From positions 1 to 15,563 of the forward strand of contig JBMFOM010000038.1 of the NCBI GenBank assembly GCA_049969615.1: a DNA stretch of 15,563 nt, written 5' to 3'. Position numbers and translations under genes: made by a program. How positions within the stretch are numbered: the first letter of the stretch is position 1; every line of letters starts with the position of its first letter. Origin of the DNA: a candidate division WOR-3 bacterium (GTDB taxonomy: Bacteria > Hydrothermota > Hydrothermia > JBDRYB01). The notes beneath the pieces were generated by a model. It did not search any database. It was not told the DNA's origin and saw only the letters and a list, made by a program, of their open reading frames with translations. Shown here one piece after another: positions 1-7,810 of the stretch.

Positions 1-32
1 ATCCTACTCCAATAAGTCCCAGAGCCATCGGA

Positions 33-70
33 TTTTCGCCGAACTCATTGATGGACAAGGACTTAGGAGG
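33..70. repeat. Dispersed intergenic repeat fragment, IHF-site-like palindromic module
   Basis: 41-70 matches 15441-15470 at 24/30 nt, ungapped, and both are preceded by TTTTCG. Core is AAnTCATTGATnnnnAAGGACTTA. Confidence 0.7.
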
Positions 71-104
71 GGTTGAATGTGGGTGAGGAAATCAAGTGGG
101 GCAT

Positions 105-134
105 TTGACACAGCGGGGATGGCCTGTTTATAAT
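105..134 (+). promoter_or_regulatory. Sigma70-type promoter, leaderless arrangement
   Basis: TTGACA (105-110)-N18-TATAAT (129-134). ATG at 141 is 6 nt after the -10 and has no SD. Confidence 0.85.
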
Positions 135-140
135 GTAGCT

Positions 141-984
141 ATGAATATGATCTGCTTTCTTTTGGGCATAAGCCTCTCGGCTCTACAACCAGGGCAATTT
201 CATGGACGCTATAGCCCAGTTTGAAAGGTGCCTTGAGCTGGACCCGGAGAACTCGCTCGCGGCGAAATGGCAGGAGAACTCCTTCACGGCCCTGGTGGAG
301 ATCCAGAAATCAAAATACAGCAAGAAGCAAGATAAGGGCCAGGAGGTCTCTGAGCTGATGAAGAAAGGTGTCTCCTTCTACTCCAAGGGCGATTACTTCA
401 AGGCCGAGGCCAAGTTCAAGGAGGTCCTGGCGCTTGACCCGCAGAACACCGAGGCGAAGGATTACCTGGCCAAGTCCGAGAAAGCCAGGAAAGATAAGGC
501 CGCAGATTATCTCAGGAAGGCTGACGCGGCGAGGGCCAGGGGGGACTATGGCAGGGCAGTTGATGCCTATCAGAAAGCCCTGGAATACGAACCATCCAAC
601 CCTGATGCGACAAAAGGGCTAGCGGAGACAAAAGCCAATGCGGCGAAGGCCGCTTCAGAGCACCTGACCAGCGGCAAAGCGCTATACAAGAAGGGGGACC
701 TCTCCGGAGCCGAGGCAGAGTTCCGGGCCGCTATCAGCCTTGACCCCTCGCTAACCGAGCCCAGCTCGTATCTGGCCGAGATAGCCGCGAAACGCAAGTC
801 AGAGGCGAAACAGGCGCCGGACCCGAAGGCAGTTGAGGAGCTCTATCTCAAGGGCGTTGACGCCTATGTGAAGGAAGACTACATAGGTGCTGTCTATTAC
901 TGGGAGAAGGTCCTGGAGCTCGATCCCAATCACGCCAAGGCCAAAGCAAACCTGGCAAAGGCAAAGAAGAAGATAGGCGGTTGA
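141..984 (+). pseudogene. TPR-repeat protein with an out-of-frame N-terminus (frameshift or internal deletion at ~172-186); the downstream ORF 202..984 is intact
   Basis: The ATG141 frame reads MNMICFLLGISLSA... and stops at 222-224. The TPR frame is open from 172 (after TAA 169-171) and reads ...RLYNQGNFMDAIAQFERCLELDPEN, followed by four more TPR units (e.g. KGVSFYSKGDYFKAEAKFKEVLALDPQN). ATG202 lies inside the first TPR and has no SD. Confidence 0.65.
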
Positions 985-2291
985 TCGCCCAAGTTTTCCT
1001 CGCGGCACAGGTCTATCAGGACCTTTTCGCCAGAACATATGGCGGCCGGGACGACGAGTGGGCCTATTCGGTGACCCAAACATCCGACGGAGGGTTCGCT
1101 CTCGCCGGATACACGAGGAGCTTTGGCGTGGCGGGCGCGGATTTTCTCGTGGTCAAGCTGAACATCCTCGGCGATCCGGAGTGGACTGTGACCCTTGGCG
1201 GACAAGGCCCCGAATACGCCCACGCGCTCATCCAGACATCCGACGGAGGGTTCGCGCTTGCCGGATACACGAGGAGTTTTGGTTCCGGAGGCTCTGACGC
1301 TCTCCTCGTGAAACTGAGACAAAACGGCGAGCCGGATTGGGCGCGCGTCATCGGAGGGACCGGAAACGATTGCGCTTACTCGTTGGCACAGTTGCCAGAC
1401 GGGGGCCTCCTGCTGGCGGGATACACCACCAGTTTTGGGGCCGGGGGTTCGGACATCCTGGTGGCAAAGCTCAGACAGGACGGGGAGATGGAATGGGCGA
1501 AAACCATAGGAGGGCAAGGCTCTGAGAGCGCGAACTTTCTGGCGAGAACCAACGAGGGCGGGTTCCTCCTGGTCGGATACGGGGAGGGGGAGAGCGCCTC
1601 CGAGACTGCGCCGCTGGTGGTTTGCCTTGGGGCAGACGGCGAGCCTGTTTGGGCAAAGTCCATCATGGTGGGCGAGAGAACGTATATCCGCTCCGCTATA
1701 CCCTGGATGGACGGATACCTGATCGCAGGGTGGACAAAAGCCAGGAGAAACGATCCGGATGCCCTTGTCGTCAAGCTCAACCGGAAAGGGGACCTAATCT
1801 GGGCGAAGGCTTTTGGGGGAAAGGGCTATGACTGGGCCTCATCCCTCGCGGTTTTGCCTGGGGGCGGTTTTGGGGTTGTGGGTTGCATAAGCTTTGGTCA
1901 CTATAATTTCCTCGCTGTGGGGCTTTCCGACGCCGGAGAGTTGGAGTGGGCAAAGACATTCGGAAGCCCCGGATGGGACGCGGCATCTTGCATGGCGATT
2001 GCTCCAGACGGCAGGATAGTGCTGGCGGGATACACATCCGGCTTCGGTATTGGGGGAGACGACATCCTCTTGGTGGAGCTTGGCCCAAAAGGGGAGTATC
2101 CGGGCTGTGTGGTTGATTGCCCAGTAAGCGTGAGCGCGCCCCCTGCGAGCGCGGCCAAGGCCTCGGTTGAAACCGCGCCCTGCTCTCCTGTGGTTTCCTC
2201 ACCGGAGATAAGCATCAGGAAAATCTATTTGAGCGCGGTTGATGTCTGCGCGCCGCCCCTGCAGGAACCCGAGGGCTCAACGGATGAGTAG
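981..2291 (+). CDS. Probable secreted 7-bladed beta-propeller repeat protein with Cys/Pro/Ser-rich tail and no T9SS CTD
   Basis: Seven ~50-52 aa repeats (W-x-K-T-F-G-G...D-G-G-F-x-L-A-G-Y-T-x-S-F-G...D-x-L-x-V-K-L). The TTG start overlaps the upstream TGA (TTGA). Short hydrophobic N-terminus. Confidence 0.85.
   Translation: MIAQVFLAAQVYQDLFARTYGGRDDEWAYSVTQTSDGGFALAGYTRSFGVAGADFLVVKLNILGDPEWTVTLGGQGPEYAHALIQTSDGGFALAGYTRSFGSGGSDALLVKLRQNGEPDWARVIGGTGNDCAYSLAQLPDGGLLLAGYTTSFGAGGSDILVAKLRQDGEMEWAKTIGGQGSESANFLARTNEGGFLLVGYGEGESASETAPLVVCLGADGEPVWAKSIMVGERTYIRSAIPWMDGYLIAGWTKARRNDPDALVVKLNRKGDLIWAKAFGGKGYDWASSLAVLPGGGFGVVGCISFGHYNFLAVGLSDAGELEWAKTFGSPGWDAASCMAIAPDGRIVLAGYTSGFGIGGDDILLVELGPKGEYPGCVVDCPVSVSAPPASAAKASVETAPCSPVVSSPEISIRKIYLSAVDVCAPPLQEPEGSTDE
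1077..1282 (+). repeat. Intragenic direct repeat between propeller blades 1 and 2
   Basis: 1077-1126 vs 1233-1282: 46/50 identical, period 156 nt, all four differences synonymous (QTSDGGFALAGYTRSFG in both). Confidence 0.9.
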
Positions 2292-4187
2292 TTTTTGGTT
2301 TATCGTCACGGATTCCGTTTCAAGCCTCGCGAAATAGACCCCGGGCTCGGCCGCCACCGGAAAGAGGTGCCGCCCGGCCTCAAGATAGCCCTCGCAGATA
2401 ACCGCAACCCGCTTTCCGGCTATATCGTAGAGGCGGAGCTCAACCGGGCCGGGCTCTGTCAAACTGAGCTCAAGCACAGTGGCCCTGGATCCGGAAAGCA
2501 CCATGAGGTTGGTTTTCCCGGCCGCCGGCTCCTCGCTCACGGTTCCCGTCGTATCCTCGTAGTTCAGGATTATGACATCGTTTATTTCCAGAGAATCCGG
2601 AGTGTCATCCCAGAGAACCAGCTTCACCAGGTATGTGCCCAGGGGAAGGCCGTGGGTATCCCAGACCGCGAGGGTGTCGCGCCAGACAGGCTCGTCGTGC
2701 GGGTTGTCTATGGGGTGCCAGGTTGTAGTATCCTCAGCGGGTGCCCAATACATGTTGTAGTGGTCAAACCCACCACGGGGCGCGAGGGGACCCTTTATAA
2801 TGCTCGCGATGCCGATTATGGGAACGTAGCTCTCTGTTCCCGCGTAAAAGGGCTCGTCCACCCCCATGACCCAGACCAGGCCGGAATCATAGGCAACGGG
2901 CCTGCCTGGGAACTGGCACTCCGCCAAGATGATCCGCGAGACGTTCCTCGCCCATATCCCGCCGTAGGCAGTTGGAATCCCCACCAGGGCCAGGAGCGCG
3001 ATGCCGCTCTCTTTCGTGTATATCTCAGAGGTCATTGAGGCGGCTATGGCAACATTGAACGAGTTGCCGCCCGCCTCAAAGTGGCCACCGGTTCCGTCCA
3101 GGAAGTAGCTCTGGCCCCAGGCAACAGCGTTCCCCATGGTCAAGACCTCCCCAACTATACAGTGGTCAAAGGTCATGACGAACTGCTCCGCAGAATAAAG
3201 GCTCCAGGTCATCACGGATGTGTTGATGAGCCGGAAATGCCTATCAGTCATGCCCAGGGTGAAGTCCGCGTAGGTCATGCCGTTGACAAGGCCCGTGAGG
3301 TTCTGTGAATCCACGCCCAGTCCCATTATGCCGACCGTGCGCATGGGCGAGTCCCTGAGGGTGACATCGCAACCCGGCTGGATTATGGTTCCCCACATGC
3401 AATAGCGCGTGGTGTCTATCCTGACCTGGTAGTTTATGCCAGAGACCCCAGGGATCCCATCCCTCATCTCAAACACCCCTATGTTGTTCCAGCTGGGGAA
3501 GGTGAAGTCAATGACCGAGCCCTGGCCGTAGAAGAACCACGCGAGCATGGTGTCTATGTCCTTGAAGGTCGTTATGCAGGAGTCCGTGAAGAGCCACTCG
3601 CCCGCCACATTGACCTTCCTGAGACCAACCATGGGCCTACCCCAGCAACCAGCCGTTGTCCATCCCCTCGTGGTCACCGTGTCCCAGATCACATAGGCGT
3701 TGTCCATAGCCGCGAGGTTATATGGCAGGTTGTTGTAGTCAAGGACAGAATGTCTTACCTCCATATGACCGTTCTCGGTTATAAGCGTTCCCCACTGGTA
3801 GGTGAACATCTGGGGATACCGGGCAGTCCCGTCGTATATAAGGAACTTGCCCTGGTCCATCGCATATATGTTCCCGCGGACCGTAATGGTCCCTCCCTGG
3901 ACCAGGAGCACGCCGTTCCCGACTATGAACACATCGCCGTTCCACTCCCAGGTTCCCGTGACCATGAGGGTCTCGTTTGGGGTATCTCCGATTATGTATG
4001 GTGGGCCTTTGGATTCCGGACTGAGGCCGTTCATCATGTTCAGGAGCCCGGAGTTCAAACCGTATCCGGGCAAGCGTTGGCCCAGTCTTGCTATTGGCGC
4101 CTCTGATTTTTTCGTCCAATCAATAGCCTCCATTGCCCAGTGAACCTCGGGCGGCAAAGCCGCAAGCAGGATAAGGATTCCAGTCAT
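2277..4187 (-). CDS. Secreted protein of unknown function: beta-helix-like body, Ig-like domain, T9SS type A-like C-terminal sorting domain
   Basis: 636 aa ORF with SD AGGAG (4195-4199). Gly/Asn-rich short beta strands; Ig-like segment WDTHGLPLGTYLVKLVLWD; C-terminus VSEE...LYDIAGKRV...GVYFARL...KLLIR. Confidence 0.85.
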   Translation of the reverse strand: MTGILILLAALPPEVHWAMEAIDWTKKSEAPIARLGQRLPGYGLNSGLLNMMNGLSPESKGPPYIIGDTPNETLMVTGTWEWNGDVFIVGNGVLLVQGGTITVRGNIYAMDQGKFLIYDGTARYPQMFTYQWGTLITENGHMEVRHSVLDYNNLPYNLAAMDNAYVIWDTVTTRGWTTAGCWGRPMVGLRKVNVAGEWLFTDSCITTFKDIDTMLAWFFYGQGSVIDFTFPSWNNIGVFEMRDGIPGVSGINYQVRIDTTRYCMWGTIIQPGCDVTLRDSPMRTVGIMGLGVDSQNLTGLVNGMTYADFTLGMTDRHFRLINTSVMTWSLYSAEQFVMTFDHCIVGEVLTMGNAVAWGQSYFLDGTGGHFEAGGNSFNVAIAASMTSEIYTKESGIALLALVGIPTAYGGIWARNVSRIILAECQFPGRPVAYDSGLVWVMGVDEPFYAGTESYVPIIGIASIIKGPLAPRGGFDHYNMYWAPAEDTTTWHPIDNPHDEPVWRDTLAVWDTHGLPLGTYLVKLVLWDDTPDSLEINDVIILNYEDTTGTVSEEPAAGKTNLMVLSGSRATVLELSLTEPGPVELRLYDIAGKRVAVICEGYLEAGRHLFPVAAEPGVYFARLETESVTINQKLLIR

Positions 4188-4213
4188 CTCATGTCTCCTT
4201 TGCTGTCGGATAT

Positions 4214-4243
4214 ATTATAGGAGGAAGGCCCTCTTAGGATCAA
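4214..4243 (-). promoter_or_regulatory. Sigma70-type promoter for 4187..2277
   Basis: On the minus strand, TTGATC (4243-4238)-N18-TATAAT (4219-4214), followed by a short leader with SD. Confidence 0.75.
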
Positions 4244-4317
4244 CGAGGCCGTGGACTGACCTGACCTATCTGGCCTTCTTATCTGGATTTTCTGGGGTGA
4301 TCCGGACCCCTGGAACT

Positions 4318-4346
4318 TTTTCCGGCCCCCCAGGGTCAATTATAAT
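4318..4346 (+). promoter_or_regulatory. Promoter for 4355..5215, leaderless or near-leaderless
   Basis: TATAAT (4341-4346) lies 8 nt before ATG4355 with no SD. Weak -35 (TTTTCC at N17). Confidence 0.6.
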
Positions 4347-4354
4347 CTATCGCT

Positions 4355-5215
4355 ATGAAAAAGATAATAGTTTCCGGTTGTGCCCTCGCCGTGCTGGGCC
4401 TATCGGCATGCGTGCCGCCGGCAATGGTCAGGGCCATAGAGGAATATCAGGCGACCGCGACCCTGTCGCCGAGCTTTGACCTATCTAAGACATACAGACT
4501 CGCTGTTCTTCCACCAGAATACACGGCTGAAAAGCAAGAGTATACCAACATCCTGGAGATATACTATGAGTCAGACGGAAGCTCTGATGTTCAACCGAAC
4601 GATGTGATAATAGACGGCAAGAATGTTGGCTCAATGAGCTGGACCGAGGACAGGTTCACGATAAAAAACATCGCGCCAGGCTCCCACTCGGTCAAGGTCA
4701 TGGCTTTTATGGGCGACGCGCTCGCGGACGGCAGGTTCTACATAGGACAGGGCGAGAGGCTCGTCCTCAGGGCTAGCAGGGGAACCATAAACGTTGATTC
4801 CCGCACCAGGCTGGAGCAGCCAGCGCAGGCCCCTGATCCTTCCTCATATCTCATGGACGCTTTGAACCGGGATGGCATGAAGGCGGGTTTTTCCGTTGTT
4901 GAGAGGTCAAAGGTTGAAACTATTCTGAACGAGCAGGAATTCGGGTATTCCGGAGCCGTTGATCCATCAACCGCGGCCAAGCTCGGGAAGCTCATGGGGG
5001 CTGACGCTGTCCTCATTAGCCAGGCCTCTGACAAATATGACCCGGAATATGAGAGCTGGGAGGTGACACTATCCGGGCGCATAGTCTCGGTTGAGACTGG
5101 CGAGATACTCTATACCTGCAGGGCGAGGGGCGGCGGAATGGACAAGGCACACGCGGCAGAGCAGGCCTCCAGCAACTTCTTCAAGGAGATAAGAAAGGCG
5201 AGGGGCGGCCAGTAG
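4355..5215 (+). CDS. Lipoprotein with CsgG/HfaB-like fold and an inserted PEGA-like domain
   Basis: Lipobox LSAC (Cys19). CsgG-like motifs RLAVLP, FSVVERSKVETILNEQ, SGAVDPSTAAKLGKLMGADAVL and RIVSVETGEIL. Insert VIIDGKNVG...IKNIAPGSHSVKV. Confidence 0.8.
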   Translation: MKKIIVSGCALAVLGLSACVPPAMVRAIEEYQATATLSPSFDLSKTYRLAVLPPEYTAEKQEYTNILEIYYESDGSSDVQPNDVIIDGKNVGSMSWTEDRFTIKNIAPGSHSVKVMAFMGDALADGRFYIGQGERLVLRASRGTINVDSRTRLEQPAQAPDPSSYLMDALNRDGMKAGFSVVERSKVETILNEQEFGYSGAVDPSTAAKLGKLMGADAVLISQASDKYDPEYESWEVTLSGRIVSVETGEILYTCRARGGGMDKAHAAEQASSNFFKEIRKARGGQ

Positions 5216-5302
5216 GTGATCCTTCAAGCCCTCATCTTGATGCTGGTCAGGTGTGTTGGTTATAACCCGGATTCAGGATGTCTTACAATGCGAGACCCAT
5301 GA
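5216..5302 (+). pseudogene. 28-aa ORF, possible signal-peptide remnant of a truncated gene
   Basis: GTG immediately follows the upstream TAG, with purine-rich GAGGGG at 5200-5205. Reads MILQALILMLVRCVGYNPDSGCLTMRDP and ends where the intergenic repeat begins. Confidence 0.3.
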
Positions 5303-5307
5303 TAAAC

Positions 5308-5479
5308 CAGTAATAACTTACTTGTTTGAGCCAGGAACGTTTTGTCCAAAAGAACAGGGTTCTAAGAGGGGCGTCCTGAAAAATCCCTTCACGAGGGAAT
5401 TTCCCTCGGGTTCTTCTCTAGCTATGATGAGGCTCCCGGATATTGACCAAGGGTAAACCGGGATTTCTCATGGGTTTCG
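5308..5479. repeat. Longest copy of the dispersed intergenic repeat family
   Basis: 5376-5479 aligns to 12749-12850 (~78/104 nt, identical core AGCTATGATGAGGCTCC). The reverse complement of 5325-5363 matches 9378-9416 (31/39, ungapped). GTAATAACTTA (5310-5320) resembles GTAAGGACTTA (15455-15465). Confidence 0.85.
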
Positions 5480-5528
5480 CATAACCCCTGGCCGGAAACT
5501 TTCTTGTCCTTGCTGGGTTTTAGGCTGA

Positions 5529-6008
5529 TTACTTCCCGCAATATGGCGCTTTCAGGAACTTCGCGAGGCCATTCTTCTCCTTCCACTGTTTGTAGACGCA
5601 CTCTATCAAAGTGCCGTCGGATTGCTGTAGTTCCACATAGAGATAACCCTCATCTATGTAGCTCACAAAGACATTGTCTATCACCCACTTGTCTCCCTCC
5701 GGGTGAAGGATGTCCACGCCTATCAGGTTTATCTCCTTGGTCTGGGGGTTGAAGTAGTTGTAGAGATTGAGTATTTTTACGGGGCTGCCCGCGTCGTCAT
5801 ATTCCAGGTCCATTGAGTAGTAGCAAACCTGCTCTCCCCTGTCGTTCGTGTAGGCATCGGATTCAACCACTTTGCCCTTTCTGGCATTATCCTCCGCGGT
5901 CTGGAGAATCTCTATGAACTGATTCACTGTCTCCGCATCCTCATAGCAATCACCAGCCGCAACCAATCCGGGTAGCAACATCAAACCAGGTAAAATTAAC
6001 TTGGTCAT
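5529..6008 (-). CDS. Small exported hypothetical protein, acidic/Tyr-rich, 4 Cys
   Basis: 159 aa ORF with signal-like N-terminus MTKLILPGLMLLPGLVAA and its own promoter. No family recognised. Confidence 0.75.
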   Translation of the reverse strand: MTKLILPGLMLLPGLVAAGDCYEDAETVNQFIEILQTAEDNARKGKVVESDAYTNDRGEQVCYYSMDLEYDDAGSPVKILNLYNYFNPQTKEINLIGVDILHPEGDKWVIDNVFVSYIDEGYLYVELQQSDGTLIECVYKQWKEKNGLAKFLKAPYCGK

Positions 6009-6017
6009 AAGATTAAA

Positions 6018-6047
6018 ATTATACAGCCTATTAATCCGCTAGGTAAA
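6018..6047 (-). promoter_or_regulatory. Promoter for 6008..5529, near-leaderless
   Basis: On the minus strand, TTTACC-N18-TATAAT (6023-6018), 9 nt before ATG6008, with no SD. Confidence 0.6.
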
Positions 6048-6048
6048 G

Positions 6049-7254
6049 TCAAGATGGTTGCCGGCTGGAAACCGAGGGCCGCTCTGGGCCAATCATATAA
6101 CCCAAAAATAGCAGTATGGTGCCAAGCAAAAGGTTGACGCAGAGAAACCTGAGAGCCAGCCCACCCGCCGCATAGTAGGCCCTCGGGACCTCAAGGAGGA
6201 GAAAACCAGCCCCGGCCAGGAGATAGCTCATAAGCCTTCCCGGGCTCAGGCTCAGAAACAACAGGGGTAGCAGGGCAAGGCCAAAGTAATGTGAAGAAGC
6301 GAAGGGTATAACGAGGAGGGAGGCCAAGAGAAGGATATTGCCGCGCCAGACCAGATCCCATGTTTTCCAGAGCCGCCAGCCTGCAAGGCCCAGCACAACC
6401 ACGACCCATGCCCAATGTATCGCCTTCAGCCACAAGGGAACGACAACAAGCACGGTGGAGGTTTCCGCGTGCTCGGATGTTCCCACCAAAAGCCTGTAAA
6501 GAAAGGCCAGGGATGATTGATTTTCAACGCCGACATAAATGAGGCTGGCCCTCTCAAGCACAAGGCTCAGATATTGAAGGAAGGGGCCCTTTCCCAGAAA
6601 TAAAATAGCGGCCACAGAGGCTATGAACCATGTTCCAATGAAAACTATCAATCCTCGCCACCTCCTTTCGGTCAGAAAAAGCAAGGGCAGAAGCAGGGGC
6701 ACGGGCTTTATCAGAAAACCCAACGCGAGGCCGACCTGCGAGAGGGTTCTCTGGGGTCTGAGAATGAAATATCCGGCAACAGGTATCAGGAACCCTGTTG
6801 CCTGGCCTATGGCGAGGCCGTGTCGGATCGGATAAAACAGCAGGAATAGGCTGAGGCCCAGCGCGATCCGCCAGGGTTCGCGGCCCCTGAAAATGGCAAG
6901 GAGCAGGAGGCAAAGGAGGATTATCTGCAGGCTAAGGAAAACGGCTGAAGCCGGGTGATATGGCAGGAATGTTAGGGGAACCAGGAGAATGGCATAGAAC
7001 GGGTGGGAGAAAAACCTGGTTATATACGGACCATCATATCCCCGCGACCTCATGGTCTCCATGACATCCTGAGACATGAGCATGTCCGAGGGATCAGAGG
7101 AATAGATCATCTCCGCCCTGCCCATCCTGACCATGAGGCCAGCCACATAATCATGAGCGAAGTCTGGTCTGGGGTCTTCCCTGTCATATATGAGCGAAAG
7201 CGCGAACCAGGTTATAGAGACGCCAACAAGCAGGTAGAAGAACCTATCCCGCAA
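6049..7254 (-). CDS. Glycosyltransferase family 87 (DUF2029, GT-C fold) multi-pass membrane protein
   Basis: DF motif after TM1, HPFYAILLVPLTFLPY (YPP-like region), GQ, IKP, NQS and SHY motifs, and many hydrophobic segments. TTG start with GGAGG overlaps the gmhA end. Confidence 0.8.
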   Translation of the reverse strand: MRDRFFYLLVGVSITWFALSLIYDREDPRPDFAHDYVAGLMVRMGRAEMIYSSDPSDMLMSQDVMETMRSRGYDGPYITRFFSHPFYAILLVPLTFLPYHPASAVFLSLQIILLCLLLLAIFRGREPWRIALGLSLFLLFYPIRHGLAIGQATGFLIPVAGYFILRPQRTLSQVGLALGFLIKPVPLLLPLLFLTERRWRGLIVFIGTWFIASVAAILFLGKGPFLQYLSLVLERASLIYVGVENQSSLAFLYRLLVGTSEHAETSTVLVVVPLWLKAIHWAWVVVVLGLAGWRLWKTWDLVWRGNILLLASLLVIPFASSHYFGLALLPLLFLSLSPGRLMSYLLAGAGFLLLEVPRAYYAAGGLALRFLCVNLLLGTILLFLGYMIGPERPSVSSRQPS

Positions 7255-7810
7255 ACGTGTCCTCCACTGCCCCGGCTATCAGGTGGACTATTAAGGTGTG
7301 AATCTCCTGAATCCTGGCGGTGTTTTGTGAGGGAACTGGTATCACAATATCGGCTTCCGTGGCCGATGCTCCCTCCCCGCACAGATAAATGATCCTCATT
7401 CCGGTTTCCTTTGCCGCGGCTATTGCCCTGACTATGTTCTGGCTCCTGCCGGATGTGGTCATTGCTACCAGGACATCCTCCTCCCTGGCCAATGCCTCTA
7501 TCTGTCTTGCAAAGACATTCTCGTAGCCCATATCGTTGGCCGAGGCCGTCAGGACCGATGGGTCAGAACAGAGTGAGATTGCAGACAGGCCAGGCCTGTC
7601 TCTCCTGAACCTGACCACAAGCTCCGCGACCAGGTGCTGGGCTATGGCCGCGGAGCCGCCGTTCCCGCAGGCCAGGACCTTCCCCCCTTTTCTTAAGGAT
7701 TCAATTATGAGCAAAGAGGCCTCGGTTACCCTCACGAGGGTATCGCTGTTTCCCAGATCATTCAGTATTTCTGCCAGATCGGCTATTTCTCTTTTGAAGC
7801 CTTCCACCAT
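7244..7810 (-). CDS. gmhA: D-sedoheptulose-7-phosphate isomerase (SIS domain)
   Basis: Motifs CGNGGSAA.AQH..AEL..RF, ANDMGYENVFARQ, TTSGRSQN and TARIQEIH. SD GAGGAG upstream. Confidence 0.9.
   Translation of the reverse strand: MVEGFKREIADLAEILNDLGNSDTLVRVTEASLLIIESLRKGGKVLACGNGGSAAIAQHLVAELVVRFRRDRPGLSAISLCSDPSVLTASANDMGYENVFARQIEALAREEDVLVAMTTSGRSQNIVRAIAAAKETGMRIIYLCGEGASATEADIVIPVPSQNTARIQEIHTLIVHLIAGAVEDTFAG

Noticed and set aside
2295-3038. Long antisense/alternate-frame ORFs (also 930..1517, 10454..10975, 12899..13381 and others)
   Set aside because: They are shadows of well-supported genes in GC-rich DNA, with no motifs or initiation signals.
5258-5267. Palindrome GGTTATAACC
   Set aside because: It is a single 10-mer with no second copy or associated gene start.
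5376-5430. Box D (CTGA) and box C (ATGATGA) motifs conserved in both long repeat copies
   Set aside because: The flanking bases cannot form the canonical K-turn stem, and C/D guide RNAs are not expected in bacteria. Worth revisiting only if covariation supports it.
5253-5456. ORFs 5253..5456 and 12643..13047 share AMMRL
   Set aside because: This is a by-product of the nucleotide repeat. Indels break the shared frame, and the second ORF overlaps two real genes.
5479-5525. Integron attC-like ends (minus strand GCCTAAA ... GTTATGC) after the orphan gene
   Set aside because: It lacks the invariant AAC, is only ~47 nt with poor internal pairing, and no integrase or other cassettes are present.
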